Shown here: piece after piece, positions 32,567 to 43,265 of the stretch
Layout of the letters: every line of letters starts with the position of its first letter
How positions within the stretch are numbered: position 1 is the stretch's first letter
Origin: Bryobacterales bacterium
GTDB lineage: Bacteria > Acidobacteriota > Terriglobia > Bryobacterales > UBA6623
Direction of reading: 5' to 3'
NCBI GenBank assembly: GCA_963422375.2
Contig: OY729427.2
Coordinates: 736,001 to 800,000 of the forward strand
DNA length: 64,000 nucleotides
Translations under genes and position numbers: made by a program
The notes under the pieces: generated by a model
Told to the model about the DNA's origin: nothing
The model's input: only the letters and a program-made list of their open reading frames with translations
Databases searched by the model: none

Positions 32567-35170
32567 TCAGAGGCCCGCGACGCCGACCGAAACCAGGTCG
32601 CCCGCGCGGTTGAACACGCCGAAAGCGAAGCCCGCTGCCTTGTCCGAACGGGCCCAGAGTGCGGGGCGCGGCGCTCCCCCGGCCCCGAACCGCTGAACCA
32701 CAGAGAAGCCGTCCTGCGGATGCGGAAGCTCCGTCGCCTCCCCAGTATCGAGGTCCCACGTGAGCATGACCGACCCGCCTGGGTTTCCGGGCCCGAGCGG
32801 GGTCAGGAGCGCCCGGGCGAAGGCCTTCCGGACCAGCGGAAGGACCCCGTAGCCGCGCAGCGCGGGCGGGCCGGCAATGAGGCGCTGAACGCCGTCCGGC
32901 AGAGCCAAGCGCGTCGCGGTCGCGGACGGCAGGTCGACCAGCAGGAGGCCGCGGTTCCCCGCCTGAGGCGGAGCCGTCCTTCCGGTCCTGGCGATCGTGC
33001 GGGGAGGTCCTCCCGTGGCGAGCGCCAGCAGCTGGGCCCTGCCCGGGAGGCGCTGCGTGGACTGATTGAACGTGACGCCGACATCCCCGGGAAGTTCGAT
33101 CTGCTTGAACATCCCGCCGGCTCCGTCGTAGACATGGATCTTGCGCGGGGCCTCGAGGGGCGCGGCGATCGACCCTTCGCCGAAATAGAGATAGCTCTGG
33201 AGCGCGCCCTTGGAAGTGACGCGCAGCCTGTCGGGGGCCCGAACGGACTGGATCCCGCCGCTGGCGGTGTCGAAGACGACGAGGCGGTCGCCGACGCAGA
33301 GCTCGCCCGCCCGCGGGTCAGCCCACTCTCCCAAGACCTCGTCCGCCCCGAGTATGGCGAGGCTCCTAGTGTGGGGAATCCGCTGCCAGCCGACCGCCGG
33401 CGCGCAGTTCGCGACGAACGAGCCCGACGGGAACGGCGTGGCCGATGCCTTCAGCGACACGGCGGCGGGCGGAGGCGCATCGAGGCTCCCGGGCAGCTCG
33501 GCCCGGAACGCTACGACGGCGTCCCCGGATCCGGCCGCGGAGCGGGCTGCGACGTACGCGGTCGGGTCCCCGGCGAATCCGTTCGCGACGGGCGCCAGGT
33601 TGTTGCCCTGCGGCTGTCCCTGGGCATTCACCGCTCTGGGCTTGACAAGCGGCAGCCAGCCGTCAGGGAACGGCACCTTGGCAACGACGGCAGCCTCCCG
33701 GTTGTAGAGCACAGCGATCGGCCCGAGGTCGCCGGCCTCGGCCTCCGCGCCAAGGAACCGCAGGCGGTAGCCCAGCCCGAGATTCGCCCCCGCCGCGACG
33801 ACCCTGGTCCGGCCGTCGACTTCGAGCGGGTCCGGGAGAGGCTCCTGGCGCTCGAGCTGGCCGGCCGCGACCCCAGCGGGATCCAGCAGGGCGAACGCCC
33901 CCGCCTGCCCCGTCCTCTGCAGCCGCAGGAGGGGGCTGCTACCGAGGGCGGGCTGGAGTCGGTCGACCCCGGTCCCTGCCACGGTCACGGTCCGCGGCGA
34001 CCAGTCGGCACCGTCAAGCAGCAGCAGCGTGTCGGTCACGCCGCTCTCGAGACTGTCACTCGGCTCCGTAAGGGCCGCCAGAACAGGGGTGTTCTGGGCC
34101 CGTTCGAACGGCCGGAACTGGTTCTCGTTCTCGGCCAATGGGTTCGAGGGCATCAGGCAGTTCGGCAGAATCCGCGCGGACTCGCGCCGGAAGTCGAGCA
34201 GTTCCACGTTGCGGTAACAGAAGTCCTCGTCCACGGGGCCGCTGACGGCCACGAAGTACGGATTCAAGTCCGACAGGTCAAGGCGGCGGGCGGGCGCGTC
34301 CCCAGGGGAGACGGGCATGTACCGGACCTCGAGCGGGCCGGGCGCGCCGAGAACTGCCGCCGAACCGCTGTTTCCCGAGTACCAGCGGAACGGCTCGCCG
34401 GACCGCGCCAGTTCGGGCACCTCGAACTGCAGTTCGTAGACACCGACCTGCTCGGCTGACGAGGTGGCGGACACGACCGGGACCGGGACACCGCCGAGGT
34501 AGGCGCGCTGCGGCAGCACCGGCACCGAGCCGGCACCGGCCGCGCCCGTTGTCAGCGGAGGACTGGTCGGGCCCAGGCCCGCGGCGAACACGGTGACGAT
34601 CTGGCCGGGCGTGAGAGCCGCGGCGGGGTCCATGGGCGCCCCTACGGCGGCCCGCGGCGGCCCGGCACCGCCTAGGTACAGCGGCTCGGCCTTGCCGGCC
34701 GCCGCGGCAGCGGGATCCTGCGCGACGAGGGAAGAGGTGCCTTCATGCGTGTACAGGTTCGGATTGGCCTCGACGATGCTGATCGGGATCGGGACGCTCT
34801 CGGCCCCTCCCCGCCGCACGACGACCTGCGCGGGACCGGCCAGGATTTCCCACGGCACCTGAGCGCTGATCCGCGTAGAGGACACCGAGAACAGCGGGGC
34901 CGCGATGCCGTTCACGAACACTTCGACCGGAGGGTCCCCTAGCGCGAGCGGCAGGGGCGCCGACGACGCCCTAGCCGCATCGCCGGCGAGATCCGAGCCG
35001 ACGACCGCCAGGATCCCGCCCCGCGCGATGGCGGTCGGCGTCATCGTGACGCCGTTGAGGGCGCTCCGGGCGGTGGTCTGCGGCTGCCGGGCCGCGGTCG
35101 CGGCGAGAGTCGCGGCGACGGCGAGCAGCCCGCCCAGAGCCAGCGTCCTCAAACTCCTCGAACTCGTCAT
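32567..35170 (-). CDS. Secreted protein with N-terminal TIGR03437-like (Solibacter) domain and uncharacterised C-terminal region
   Basis: Signal peptide, then AIARGGILAVVG..PLPLALG..VFVNGIAAPLFSVS..ISAQVPWE..PGQIVTVFAAGLGPT..GVYELQFEVP. Confidence 0.75.
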   Translation of the reverse strand: MTSSRSLRTLALGGLLAVAATLAATAARQPQTTARSALNGVTMTPTAIARGGILAVVGSDLAGDAARASSAPLPLALGDPPVEVFVNGIAAPLFSVSSTRISAQVPWEILAGPAQVVVRRGGAESVPIPISIVEANPNLYTHEGTSSLVAQDPAAAAAGKAEPLYLGGAGPPRAAVGAPMDPAAALTPGQIVTVFAAGLGPTSPPLTTGAAGAGSVPVLPQRAYLGGVPVPVVSATSSAEQVGVYELQFEVPELARSGEPFRWYSGNSGSAAVLGAPGPLEVRYMPVSPGDAPARRLDLSDLNPYFVAVSGPVDEDFCYRNVELLDFRRESARILPNCLMPSNPLAENENQFRPFERAQNTPVLAALTEPSDSLESGVTDTLLLLDGADWSPRTVTVAGTGVDRLQPALGSSPLLRLQRTGQAGAFALLDPAGVAAGQLERQEPLPDPLEVDGRTRVVAAGANLGLGYRLRFLGAEAEAGDLGPIAVLYNREAAVVAKVPFPDGWLPLVKPRAVNAQGQPQGNNLAPVANGFAGDPTAYVAARSAAGSGDAVVAFRAELPGSLDAPPPAAVSLKASATPFPSGSFVANCAPAVGWQRIPHTRSLAILGADEVLGEWADPRAGELCVGDRLVVFDTASGGIQSVRAPDRLRVTSKGALQSYLYFGEGSIAAPLEAPRKIHVYDGAGGMFKQIELPGDVGVTFNQSTQRLPGRAQLLALATGGPPRTIARTGRTAPPQAGNRGLLLVDLPSATATRLALPDGVQRLIAGPPALRGYGVLPLVRKAFARALLTPLGPGNPGGSVMLTWDLDTGEATELPHPQDGFSVVQRFGAGGAPRPALWARSDKAAGFAFGVFNRAGDLVSVGVAGL

Positions 35171-35196
35171 GCGCGCCCTCCCTAACCCTGTCGGTC

Positions 35197-38100
35197 CTAG
35201 AAGTTGTACGACAGCGACGCCTGCATGATCCGAGGCGCCAAGGCGTTTATGATGAAGCCGCCTTGCAGCGAATCGAACAGCCGCTGGAGCCGTCCCAGGC
35301 GCGTCGTGTTGGGGGCGTTGAAGGCGTCCAAGCGCACTTGCAGCCTGCGCCGTCCCTCGAAGCGGAAGTTCTTCTGGAGGCTGACGTTCAGATTAAACCT
35401 GCCCGGATTGTCCAGGATATTCCGGCCTGAGTTGCCCACATGGAACGGCTCGAACCCGTAGGCGCTCTGCAAGCACTCGATGCCGTTGCGGTTCTCGGTC
35501 CCGATGCACGGCACCCTCTCGAACGCGGACAGGTCGAACCACGGGAAGTCAACGCCCTTGAGGCCGGGATAGCCGTCTGGCTCCATGTAGCCGTGAGCGA
35601 TCCGGTTGGGCCGCACCGACTCTCCCGCGTTCACGTCCACGAACGCGGTGCGCACGGTGAACGCCTGGCCGGAGTACGAAGTCAGGGTCGAGGCGAATTG
35701 CCATCCTCCCAGGATCGCCTGGACCGGGCCCCGCATGCCGGCGAAGAAGCGCCGCCCCTTGCCCAATGGCAGCTCGTAGCGCGCCGCGAACGTGAAGGCA
35801 TGGCGCTGGTCGAAGTTCGACCGCCCGCGGTCCAAGCGCAGGTGCTGCGTGTCGAGCGCCCCGACCACTCCGGCCCCGCCCCCGTCGTTCGCCGCGGACG
35901 CGTCGTCGATCGACTTGCCGAACGTGTAGTTCACGCGGTAGAAGAACCCCCTGCGGCTGCGTCGCCGCACCGACGCCTGCAGCGCGTGGTAAGTGGAGTT
36001 CGATCCGAACGAGGTGTAGAGCAGGCGGTTGTACCCCTCGATGGGGCGCGGGAACGATAGGTTGCCGTTCGGCGCCTCCTCCGCGAGCTCGAGTCTCCGA
36101 ATCGGCTGGTTCAGGTCGTAGCGGCGCTGCAGGTGAGAGCCCTTGGATCCGACGTACCCGATCTCGAGCGCCTGCCCGCCGCCGAGGTCGCGCTCGATCG
36201 TCAGGTTCCAGGACTGGAGGTTGGCCGTCGGCGGGTCCGGGTCGGCGGCGGCACGTTGGGGCGGCCGGCGGAGTTGAAGCTCTCATTGAACGTGAACGGG
36301 AACACGCCGGCCAGCTGCCCGCGGACCGGCCCCAGCAGGTAGCCTTGGTAGAAGATGCCGTAGCCGCCCCGGAACACGTGGCGGTTGTCGCCGAACGGGC
36401 GCCAAGCAAACCCGAAGCGCGGCGAGATGTTGTTGAAGTCGGGATCGATCAGCGACCGCGGCATCCCCACATCCTTCGCCAGGGCCGTCCGGTCGTTCAG
36501 CCCGCGCAGGGCGAGGATCTCGTCGAGATCCGGAATGGACCGGTTCCCGGCGAGCACCACCTTGTTCAGCGAGGGCTCGTAGGTAGACAGCCGGTCGTTT
36601 ACGTCGAACGGCGGCATCTCGACCTCGTAGCGCACTCCCAGGTTGAGCGTGAGGTCTCGCGTCACCTTCCAGTCGTCATTGACGAACATGCCGAACCCGG
36701 TCGCCCGCAGCTCGTTGTAGGTCGTCTGGACCCGGCGGTTGACGTTCTGCAGCCGTCCCAGCAGCAGGTCGCCGACGGAGTGCCGCGTGAAGCGCCTGCC
36801 GACCACGTAGTTGCCTCGGACGTTGTTGTACTGCGGCTGGTCGTAGTAGACGCGGGAGTAGTCGCCCCCGACCTTGAGCGTATGCGGCCCTTTGACCCAC
36901 GTGATACGCCCCGAAACCTGCACGTCCCAGACCACCTGCTCGCGCGGGGTGTTCCCTCCCTGTCCGAGCGGGAAGTAGCCCTGGACCGTGACGCGCGGCA
37001 GCCCCTTCAGCTTCGGGTCCAAGTCGTCGGGCACGGGCAGTCCGATCGTGGCCGGGTCGAAGTCGGCCGCGATCGAGTTGGCGAAGTTATCGCGATGGCT
37101 GAACCCGCCGGTCACCTCCATAACCAGCGTCGGCGTGAACATCCGCGTGTGACGGATCGAAATCAAGTCGCGACGGTCGCGGATCTCGTCCCCCCAGATG
37201 GCCAAGGCGCTGCCGGCAAACGGATTACTGAGGTTGTTGAAGCGCTTCTGGTAGCTGGCCGAGAGGCTGTCCTTGGAAGTGACGCTCTGGTCGAACTTGA
37301 AGACCATCTGGTGCCAGTCGTCGTCGTCCTGCGCCGTCGAGATGTTGTTGAAGCGGAGGCTGTCGCGGTTCGGCAGCGGATAGTAGTCGAGAAGGCTCAG
37401 AGCGATCGAATCCATCCGAGTCGCGGGAACCAGATTGTTCGGGAAGCAGCCGCGCTGGACGCGCTTGTTGCAGGCACCCTTCCGGTCGGGATCGTTCAGG
37501 AACACCTTCTGCAGCTGCCCCGAGGCCGAACCGGTCCTCAGGTCCACCGACTCCGAGAAGTCCCCGCCCCGCTCGAGGCCGGTCGGGACGTTGCCGAGCC
37601 GCGTCCGGCCGATCGACTGCGAGCGGCCCTCGTAGCTCGCGAGGAAGAAGGCCTTGTTGCGCACGACGGGGCCTCCGATGGTTCCTCCATACTGGTGGCG
37701 GCGCAGTCGCAGCCGCTCCTCGTCGAAGAAGCCGCGTCCATCGAGCAACTCGTTGCGCAGGTACTCGAAGGCCGAGCCGTGAATCTCGTTGGTGCCCGAG
37801 CGCATCGTCAGGCCGATGATGCCCCCCGAGAAGCCGCCGTACTCGGCCGAGAATCCCGAGGTCTCGACGCGGAACTCCTCGACCGCGTCGAGCGGCGGCC
37901 GGACCTGCGCGCCCCCGCCGACCGGATTCCGGTTGCTCACCCCGTCGACGTAGAAGTTGGTCTGGTCGCCGCGCGCGCCGTTGATCGAGGCGAACGAGCC
38001 CTGCCCCGGCCCCCGAGGCATCACCCCCGGCACCAAGTACGCGAGATTCGTGAAGTCGCGGCCGGGCAGCGGGAGGTCCTGGATCTCCTCGTAGACGATC

Positions 38101-38501
38101 ACGTCCCCCTTGACCGCGCCGCGTTCGAGGTTGAGCGCAGGGGCCTCGGTGGTGACCGTCACCGATTCCGTGAGCGCCCCGATCTCGAGCTCCACGTCGA
38201 GGCGCAGCTGCTGGCCCGTCTCGAGCTCGAGGTTCGACTGCACCCAGCGGCGGAAGCCCTCGCTGGCAATCTCGAGCCGGTACGTGCCGGGCACGAGGCT
38301 GAGGAGGGTGTAGTAGCCCGATTCGTTGGTCTCCCCCTTGGACTCGATGCCTGTGTCGAGGTTCTTTATCGCCACGCCGGCGGCGGGAATGACGGCTTCC
38401 GCCGAATCCGTGACCACCCCCGTGACGCTGGCCAGGTTCACCTGCGCCGCCGCCTGCGTGGCGGCCACCGCCAGCACGGCTGCCAGTCTGATTTGAAGCA
38501 T
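35197..38501 (-). pseudogene. TonB-dependent receptor (Oar-like), frameshifted at about 36242
   Basis: 5' frame MLQIRLAAV..RSGTNEIHGSAFEY..SPRFGFAWRP..NVPPPT stops at 36201. A second frame from 36243 (DPDPPTANLQSWNLTIERDLG..GYVGSKG..) runs open to MQASLSYNF at 35197. Confidence 0.88.
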
Positions 38502-38588
38502 GCCCGCCCCCACTTCCTGCGGACGCCAGCGGCGCAACCCCACGTTGAGACGCTGCCGTCGCGCCCGCGCACAAACCCTGCATGGCGA

Positions 38589-38617
38589 AAAATAGCACGC
38601 CCGAGCGCCATTTCCAA
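38589..38617 (-). promoter_or_regulatory. Putative sigma70 promoter TTGGAA-17-(TG)TATTTT for the receptor operon
   Basis: 17-nt spacer and extended -10 TG, about 90 nt upstream of 38501. Confidence 0.4.
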
Positions 38618-38716
38618 GCCAAAGCGCGGGCGCGGCGAAAGTTTCTCGGGCAACCCGGGCCGGGCGTCGGCTGTCGGGCTGCCGGGACGTCGACTTCCGG
38701 GCTAGGCTTCGGCACC

Positions 38717-40180
38717 TCAGCGCGCGGGACGCGCGCGCGGTCTCGTGGCGGCGGGGCCCCCGAGCAGTGATCCGGCAACCAAGGCGCAGGCCGCGACGGG
38801 CACGATCACCGCGACCGGCATGAGACCGGTGCCGCCGACCGTGTACACGCCCTCCGCGCCCAGCGAGTCCCAGAAAAAGCACGCCCAGAGCCCTGCCGCG
38901 GTCAGGATCGAAGCGGCCGCCCCGCGGGCCGTGGCCCGTCGCCAGAAGAGCGTCGCCGCGAGTACGGGGAACAAGCCCGCGAACCCGGTCAGGGCCCACG
39001 TCCCCAGCGCGAAGATCGATTGCGACGCCACCAGCGAGCAGGCGAAGGTCAAGGCCAGGAAGCCCAGCACGAAGAGCCTCCCGAGCCGAACCTGGCGCTC
39101 CTCACCCAGCGCGCCGCCACGCGCGCGCTGCCGGACGATGTCCTGCGTGAACATGGCCCCGAGCGCCAGAATCTGCGAATCGAGCGAGGACATGATCGCT
39201 GCGAAGACACCGGCCGCGAGGCAGCCGGCCAGCGCCTCGCCGGTGTTGGAGACGATGAGCTTCACTAGGACGGGACCGTCCAACGGCGGCTCGAACTGGA
39301 GTCGGCCGACGGCTCCGAGCGTGACGCTCGGGAACCAAACTGCCGCGACCAGCACGGGATAGGCCACGATGGCCAGCCGGAACGAGCGAGCGCTGCGCGC
39401 CGACAGCCAGTGGCTGTACAGGTGCGGGAAGCAGCCTGTGCAGAGAGGCAGCAGGAGGAACGAGCCCATCTGCAGCAGAGTGAAGCGGTCGGAGCCGAAG
39501 CTCGCCATGCCCGGATGGCCCGCCTCGAGCCGCTCCATCGCCGCCGAGAGCCCTCCGAAGTTGCCCATGACCGCGGCGTAGGCCGCGAAACCGAACAGGA
39601 CGAATACCGTCGTCTGAAGGGCGTTGACCCACGACGTGCTGCGCATGCCGCCGTAGCTGACGTAGACGTACGTCACGGCGCACAGCGCCAGGCTGCCCGC
39701 CCACGGCGGCAGGCCCGTGCCGGGCCCGCCCGTGAGGGCGTTGAGCGCGTCGCCGCCGCCCTTCACGCCGATCAGCAGGTACGGCAGCATCAGCGCCACC
39801 AGCACGGCGAAGAGCAGGGCCCCGAGCGCGTCCGAGCCGTACCGGTCCCTGACGAGCTGGACCTGCGTGACGTACCCGCGGCGCTTGCCCAGCTGCCAGG
39901 ACCGGATGCCGCAGTAGTAAATCACGAAGGGCACGAGGATCGCCGTGCTCGAGCCCATCAGGGCGAAGACGATGACGCCGCGGCGGTAGGCCTCGCCCGA
40001 CGCGCCCAGCATTGTGAACGCCGTCATGTTCGTCCCCAGCAGGGTCATCAGCAGCACGAAGGGGCCGATCGAGCGGCTCGCGACGAAGTAGTCCTCGCCC
40101 GTGCCGCGGAATAGGCGGTGCCCGAATATGCCGACGCACAGCACCAAGGCCAAATAGGCCGCCAGGACGGTCAGGACCAC
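38717..40180 (-). CDS. Sodium:solute symporter (SSS family)
   Basis: EDYFVASRSIG; TAFTMLG.SG; YGGMRSTSW; AAIMSSLDSQ. GTG start after GAGGAG. Confidence 0.92.
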   Translation of the reverse strand: MVLTVLAAYLALVLCVGIFGHRLFRGTGEDYFVASRSIGPFVLLMTLLGTNMTAFTMLGASGEAYRRGVIVFALMGSSTAILVPFVIYYCGIRSWQLGKRRGYVTQVQLVRDRYGSDALGALLFAVLVALMLPYLLIGVKGGGDALNALTGGPGTGLPPWAGSLALCAVTYVYVSYGGMRSTSWVNALQTTVFVLFGFAAYAAVMGNFGGLSAAMERLEAGHPGMASFGSDRFTLLQMGSFLLLPLCTGCFPHLYSHWLSARSARSFRLAIVAYPVLVAAVWFPSVTLGAVGRLQFEPPLDGPVLVKLIVSNTGEALAGCLAAGVFAAIMSSLDSQILALGAMFTQDIVRQRARGGALGEERQVRLGRLFVLGFLALTFACSLVASQSIFALGTWALTGFAGLFPVLAATLFWRRATARGAAASILTAAGLWACFFWDSLGAEGVYTVGGTGLMPVAVIVPVAACALVAGSLLGGPAATRPRARPAR

Positions 40181-40188
40181 CGAATTCT

Positions 40189-40395
40189 CTACTCCTCGTC
40201 GGCGTCCCCCGGCCAGCCCCAGCGAGCCATCGCCGCGAGCAGGACCGACGCCGCCACGCATAGTCCGAGGTGGTAGGCCAGGTTGACCGGCAGTCCGCGC
40301 ACCAGCGCGCCGCTGGGCCACATCCAGAAGTTTTCGAAGGCCGCCGCCAGCCCCAGCAGCGCGAGCAGCGGCCAGCGGGGAAACGGTCGGCGCAT
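40189..40395 (-). CDS. Small two-TM SSS accessory protein (DUF3311-like)
   Basis: 68 aa; NFWMW..LV.GLP..LAYH...WP; lies directly upstream of the SSS gene. Confidence 0.75.
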   Translation of the reverse strand: MRRPFPRWPLLALLGLAAAFENFWMWPSGALVRGLPVNLAYHLGLCVAASVLLAAMARWGWPGDADEE

Positions 40396-40406
40396 CGCAA
40401 CAGCGG

Positions 40407-41579
40407 TCAGATCCGCAGGGGCAGGACCGAGAATCCGCGGAAGTTCGGCGTCTTCACGCGGCGCGCCCGCTCGAGATCGACCTCCCACACCGCGCTCGCG
40501 CCGAGGAGCCTCGCGAAAAGCGCCTGCGCCATCTTGCGCGCCAGCGGCGCTCCGACGCAGAAATGGATGCCCTTGCCGAATCCCAGGTGCCGGTTCTCCG
40601 GCCGCGCGACCTCGAAGCGATCGGGGCGCTCGAAGGCGCGTTCGTCGCGGTTCGCGGCACCGATGTGCAGCAGGACCTGGGCGCCGGCCGGGATCGTCTT
40701 GCCGTGCATGGCGACGTCTCTACTAGGACACCGCACGAAGCCTTGCGCCGCCGCGTCCCAGCGCATGCCCTCCTCGATCAGGGCCGGCACCAGGGAGGGA
40801 TCCCCCTTGACCTGCCGGTACACGCGGGGATGGATAGCCAGCGCGAACGCCAGGTTGGTGAAGAGGTTGTTGGTGGATTCGAAGCCGGCGCTCAGGAAGG
40901 TCATGGTGGTGACGACCACCCGGTCCCGGCCCAGCCCTCGCCCGCCGTCCCGGGCCCGCAGCATCGTGCTCATCAGGTCGTCGGAGGGGCGCTCCTCACG
41001 CTCGCGCGCCAACGCATCCAGAAATTCGCGCAGGTTGCGCATGGCCGCGGCTTGCCTCGACTCCTCGTCCGGCCCGGCCTCGTCCCGCAGGAAAAAATCG
41101 TCCAGCCAGCGGCGCAGGCGCATGAATTCCCGCCCGGGAACCCCGAACATCGCCCCGAGAATCGTGGCGTTGAAGGGAGCCGAGATGTCGGCCACCATGT
41201 CGACCGTGCCGCGCTCGCGCGCGGCCGCGGCCAGCCGGCCCGCCAGGTCATCGATCTCCGACGAGAGCCGCTCGACGGTCCCGCGCGTGAACGCCTTCTC
41301 CGCCAAGCCCCGCGCGTAGCGGTGGTCCGGGGGATCGATTGTTCCGAGCGTCCGTCCGATGCGCTCGGGCATGTCGTTGATCAGGTTGCCCCGGCCGCGC
41401 GAGGACCAGGTTCTCCAGTCACGGAAGGCCGCCGCGACGTCGGCGTAGCGCGTCAGGACCCAGAGATCCTCGGGAGCGGAGTAGTGCGCGGGGTCGCGGT
41501 TACGGAACGCGCGGTAGGCCGGATAGGGATCGCGCGCGGCCGAGATCGCCAAGCGGTACGGAGTCACTTGCCCGCTCAC
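40407..41579 (-). CDS. Cytochrome P450
   Basis: DPYPAY; DPPDH..R; I-helix AGFEST; EEGMR (ExxR); ANRD; heme motif FGKGIHFCVG. GTG start overlaps the marR stop (GTGA). Confidence 0.95.
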   Translation of the reverse strand: MSGQVTPYRLAISAARDPYPAYRAFRNRDPAHYSAPEDLWVLTRYADVAAAFRDWRTWSSRGRGNLINDMPERIGRTLGTIDPPDHRYARGLAEKAFTRGTVERLSSEIDDLAGRLAAAARERGTVDMVADISAPFNATILGAMFGVPGREFMRLRRWLDDFFLRDEAGPDEESRQAAAMRNLREFLDALAREREERPSDDLMSTMLRARDGGRGLGRDRVVVTTMTFLSAGFESTNNLFTNLAFALAIHPRVYRQVKGDPSLVPALIEEGMRWDAAAQGFVRCPSRDVAMHGKTIPAGAQVLLHIGAANRDERAFERPDRFEVARPENRHLGFGKGIHFCVGAPLARKMAQALFARLLGASAVWEVDLERARRVKTPNFRGFSVLPLRI

Positions 41580-42022
41580 CTCACCCCGCGCTCCATCGCC
41601 GCCACGACGCGGTCCAAGGCGTCGAATAGGACGCGCTGCTCCTCCGCGCTGCGCGGCACGGACCACAAGTCACGGTGAAAGCTCTTCGCAGCCGCCTCCC
41701 AGAGTTCGCCCTGCATTCTGCGCCCGTCGGGCGTGAGATGCACCTGTCTGGCGCGCGCGTCCGACGGGTCCGGCGTCCGCCGCACCCACCCGCGTTCCTC
41801 CATCAGCCGGACCAAGGCGCCGGTCGTGCTGGGATCGGCGTAGCAGCGGGATCCGAGCTGCTGCTGGCACAGCCCGTCCTGCTCCGCGAGTAGGCTGAGG
41901 ACGACGAACTGGTCCGCCGTGACGTCGAACCGCCTTCGTAACTCCGCGTTGGCGCGCCGGTGCAGGGACTGGTAGGCCCGCCTCAGGCGGATCCCGAACG
42001 ATTCTGCAAATCTCTCTCGCAT
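41576..42022 (-). CDS. MarR-family regulator (PcaV-like context)
   Basis: LRRAYQ..VTADQFVVL..L...DGL.QQ.L..DPST...LV..MEERGWV.R..D..DAR...LT..GR. Confidence 0.9.
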   Translation of the reverse strand: MRERFAESFGIRLRRAYQSLHRRANAELRRRFDVTADQFVVLSLLAEQDGLCQQQLGSRCYADPSTTGALVRLMEERGWVRRTPDPSDARARQVHLTPDGRRMQGELWEAAAKSFHRDLWSVPRSAEEQRVLFDALDRVVAAMERGVR

Positions 42023-42066
42023 TCCTCGGGGACTGTCTAGTCTTGCGCTTTTCGCAGCCGGTTCGC

Positions 42067-42079
42067 AAGGAAGTACCTT
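42067..42079. promoter_or_regulatory. Candidate MarR operator (AAGG-N5-CCTT) overlapping a possible -10 (TACCTT) of pcaD
   Basis: Short inverted repeat in the 63-bp divergent marR/pcaD gap. Confidence 0.3.
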
Positions 42080-42085
42080 AGAGGC

Positions 42086-42880
42086 ATGCCGTTCGCGGAC
42101 CTCGCCGGCCTTGCCGCGCACTACCGCGTGGACGGGAGGGAGGGCTTGCCGAGCCTCGTCCTGCTCAATTCGCTCGGCACGGACTGCCGGATCTGGGACG
42201 ACCTGGCGTCGGCGCTTCGCGGAAGGTTCCGTTTCCTGCGGTACGACCAGCGCGGGCAGGGCCTGACGGACAGCCCGGCCGGGCCGTATTCGATCCGGCA
42301 GCACGCCGGCGACCTGCTGGCGCTGCTGGACAGAGTGGACTGGGGGCCGACCGTCCTGTGCGGGCTCTCGATCGGCGGCATGATCGCGATGGACGCCTGC
42401 CGGCAGCGGCCGGAGGCGGTGCGCGGCCTGGCCTTGGCGGACACGTGCGACGTGATCGGCCCGCGGGCCATATGGGACGAGCGCATGCGGCAGGTGCGCG
42501 CCAGCGGGCTGGGAAGCCTCGCCGGGCGCGTTACGGAGCGCTGGTTCGGCACCACGTTTCGGCAGTCGCGGCCGACCGCGGCCCGGGGGTGGGCCAACCT
42601 GCTCGCCCGCGCTCCGGTCGAGGGCTACCTAGGCTCCTGCGCCGCCCTGCGCGACGCGGATCTACGCGACGCGGTGCCCGGCCTGGGCGTGCCGACCGTC
42701 TGCATCTGCGGGTCCGAAGACGCCGCCACGCCGCCCGCCGAGGTGCGGGATCTCGCGTCGCGCCTGCCCGACGCGGCATACGCCGAGATCGAACGCGCCG
42801 GGCACCTCGCGCCAGTGGAACGGCCGGGCCGGTTCGCCGAGATACTCGTCCCGTTCCTGGAGGACCGCCTTGGATCCTGA
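42086..42880 (+). CDS. pcaD: 3-oxoadipate enol-lactonase
   Basis: NSLGTD..IWD; YDQRG.G; GLSIGG; W..R...V...G; RWF; AGHL. Confidence 0.92.
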   Translation: MPFADLAGLAAHYRVDGREGLPSLVLLNSLGTDCRIWDDLASALRGRFRFLRYDQRGQGLTDSPAGPYSIRQHAGDLLALLDRVDWGPTVLCGLSIGGMIAMDACRQRPEAVRGLALADTCDVIGPRAIWDERMRQVRASGLGSLAGRVTERWFGTTFRQSRPTAARGWANLLARAPVEGYLGSCAALRDADLRDAVPGLGVPTVCICGSEDAATPPAEVRDLASRLPDAAYAEIERAGHLAPVERPGRFAEILVPFLEDRLGS

Positions 42881-43265
42881 CACCCTGTACGCCGACGGAA
42901 TGCGGACGCGGCGGAGCGTGCTGGGCCGGCAGCACGTCGAGATGGCGGAGGCGCGCACGACCGACTTCGACGAGGCCTTCCAGCGCTATATCACCGAAGC
43001 GGCCTGGGGCAGCGTCTGGTCCCGCCCGCAGCTCGACTCGCGCACCCGCAGCCTCGTGACGATCGCTCTGCTCGGGGCCTTGGGGCACTACGAGGAACTC
43101 GCCATGCACGTCAAGGCGGCGACCCGGACCGGAGCGAGCCCGGACGAAATCGCGGAGGCGCTGCTGCACGTAGCGGTCTACGCGGGCGTGCCGGCCGCCA
43201 ACCGCTCGTTCGCCGCGGCCAAGGCCGCGCTGCGCGAGGCCGACGCCGCGGAGACCCTACCGTGA
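42870..43265 (+). CDS. pcaC: 4-carboxymuconolactone decarboxylase
   Basis: GMRTRRSVLG..HV; FQRYITEAAWGSVWSRP; H.AVYAGVPAAN. Confidence 0.93.
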   Translation: MDPDTLYADGMRTRRSVLGRQHVEMAEARTTDFDEAFQRYITEAAWGSVWSRPQLDSRTRSLVTIALLGALGHYEELAMHVKAATRTGASPDEIAEALLHVAVYAGVPAANRSFAAAKAALREADAAETLP

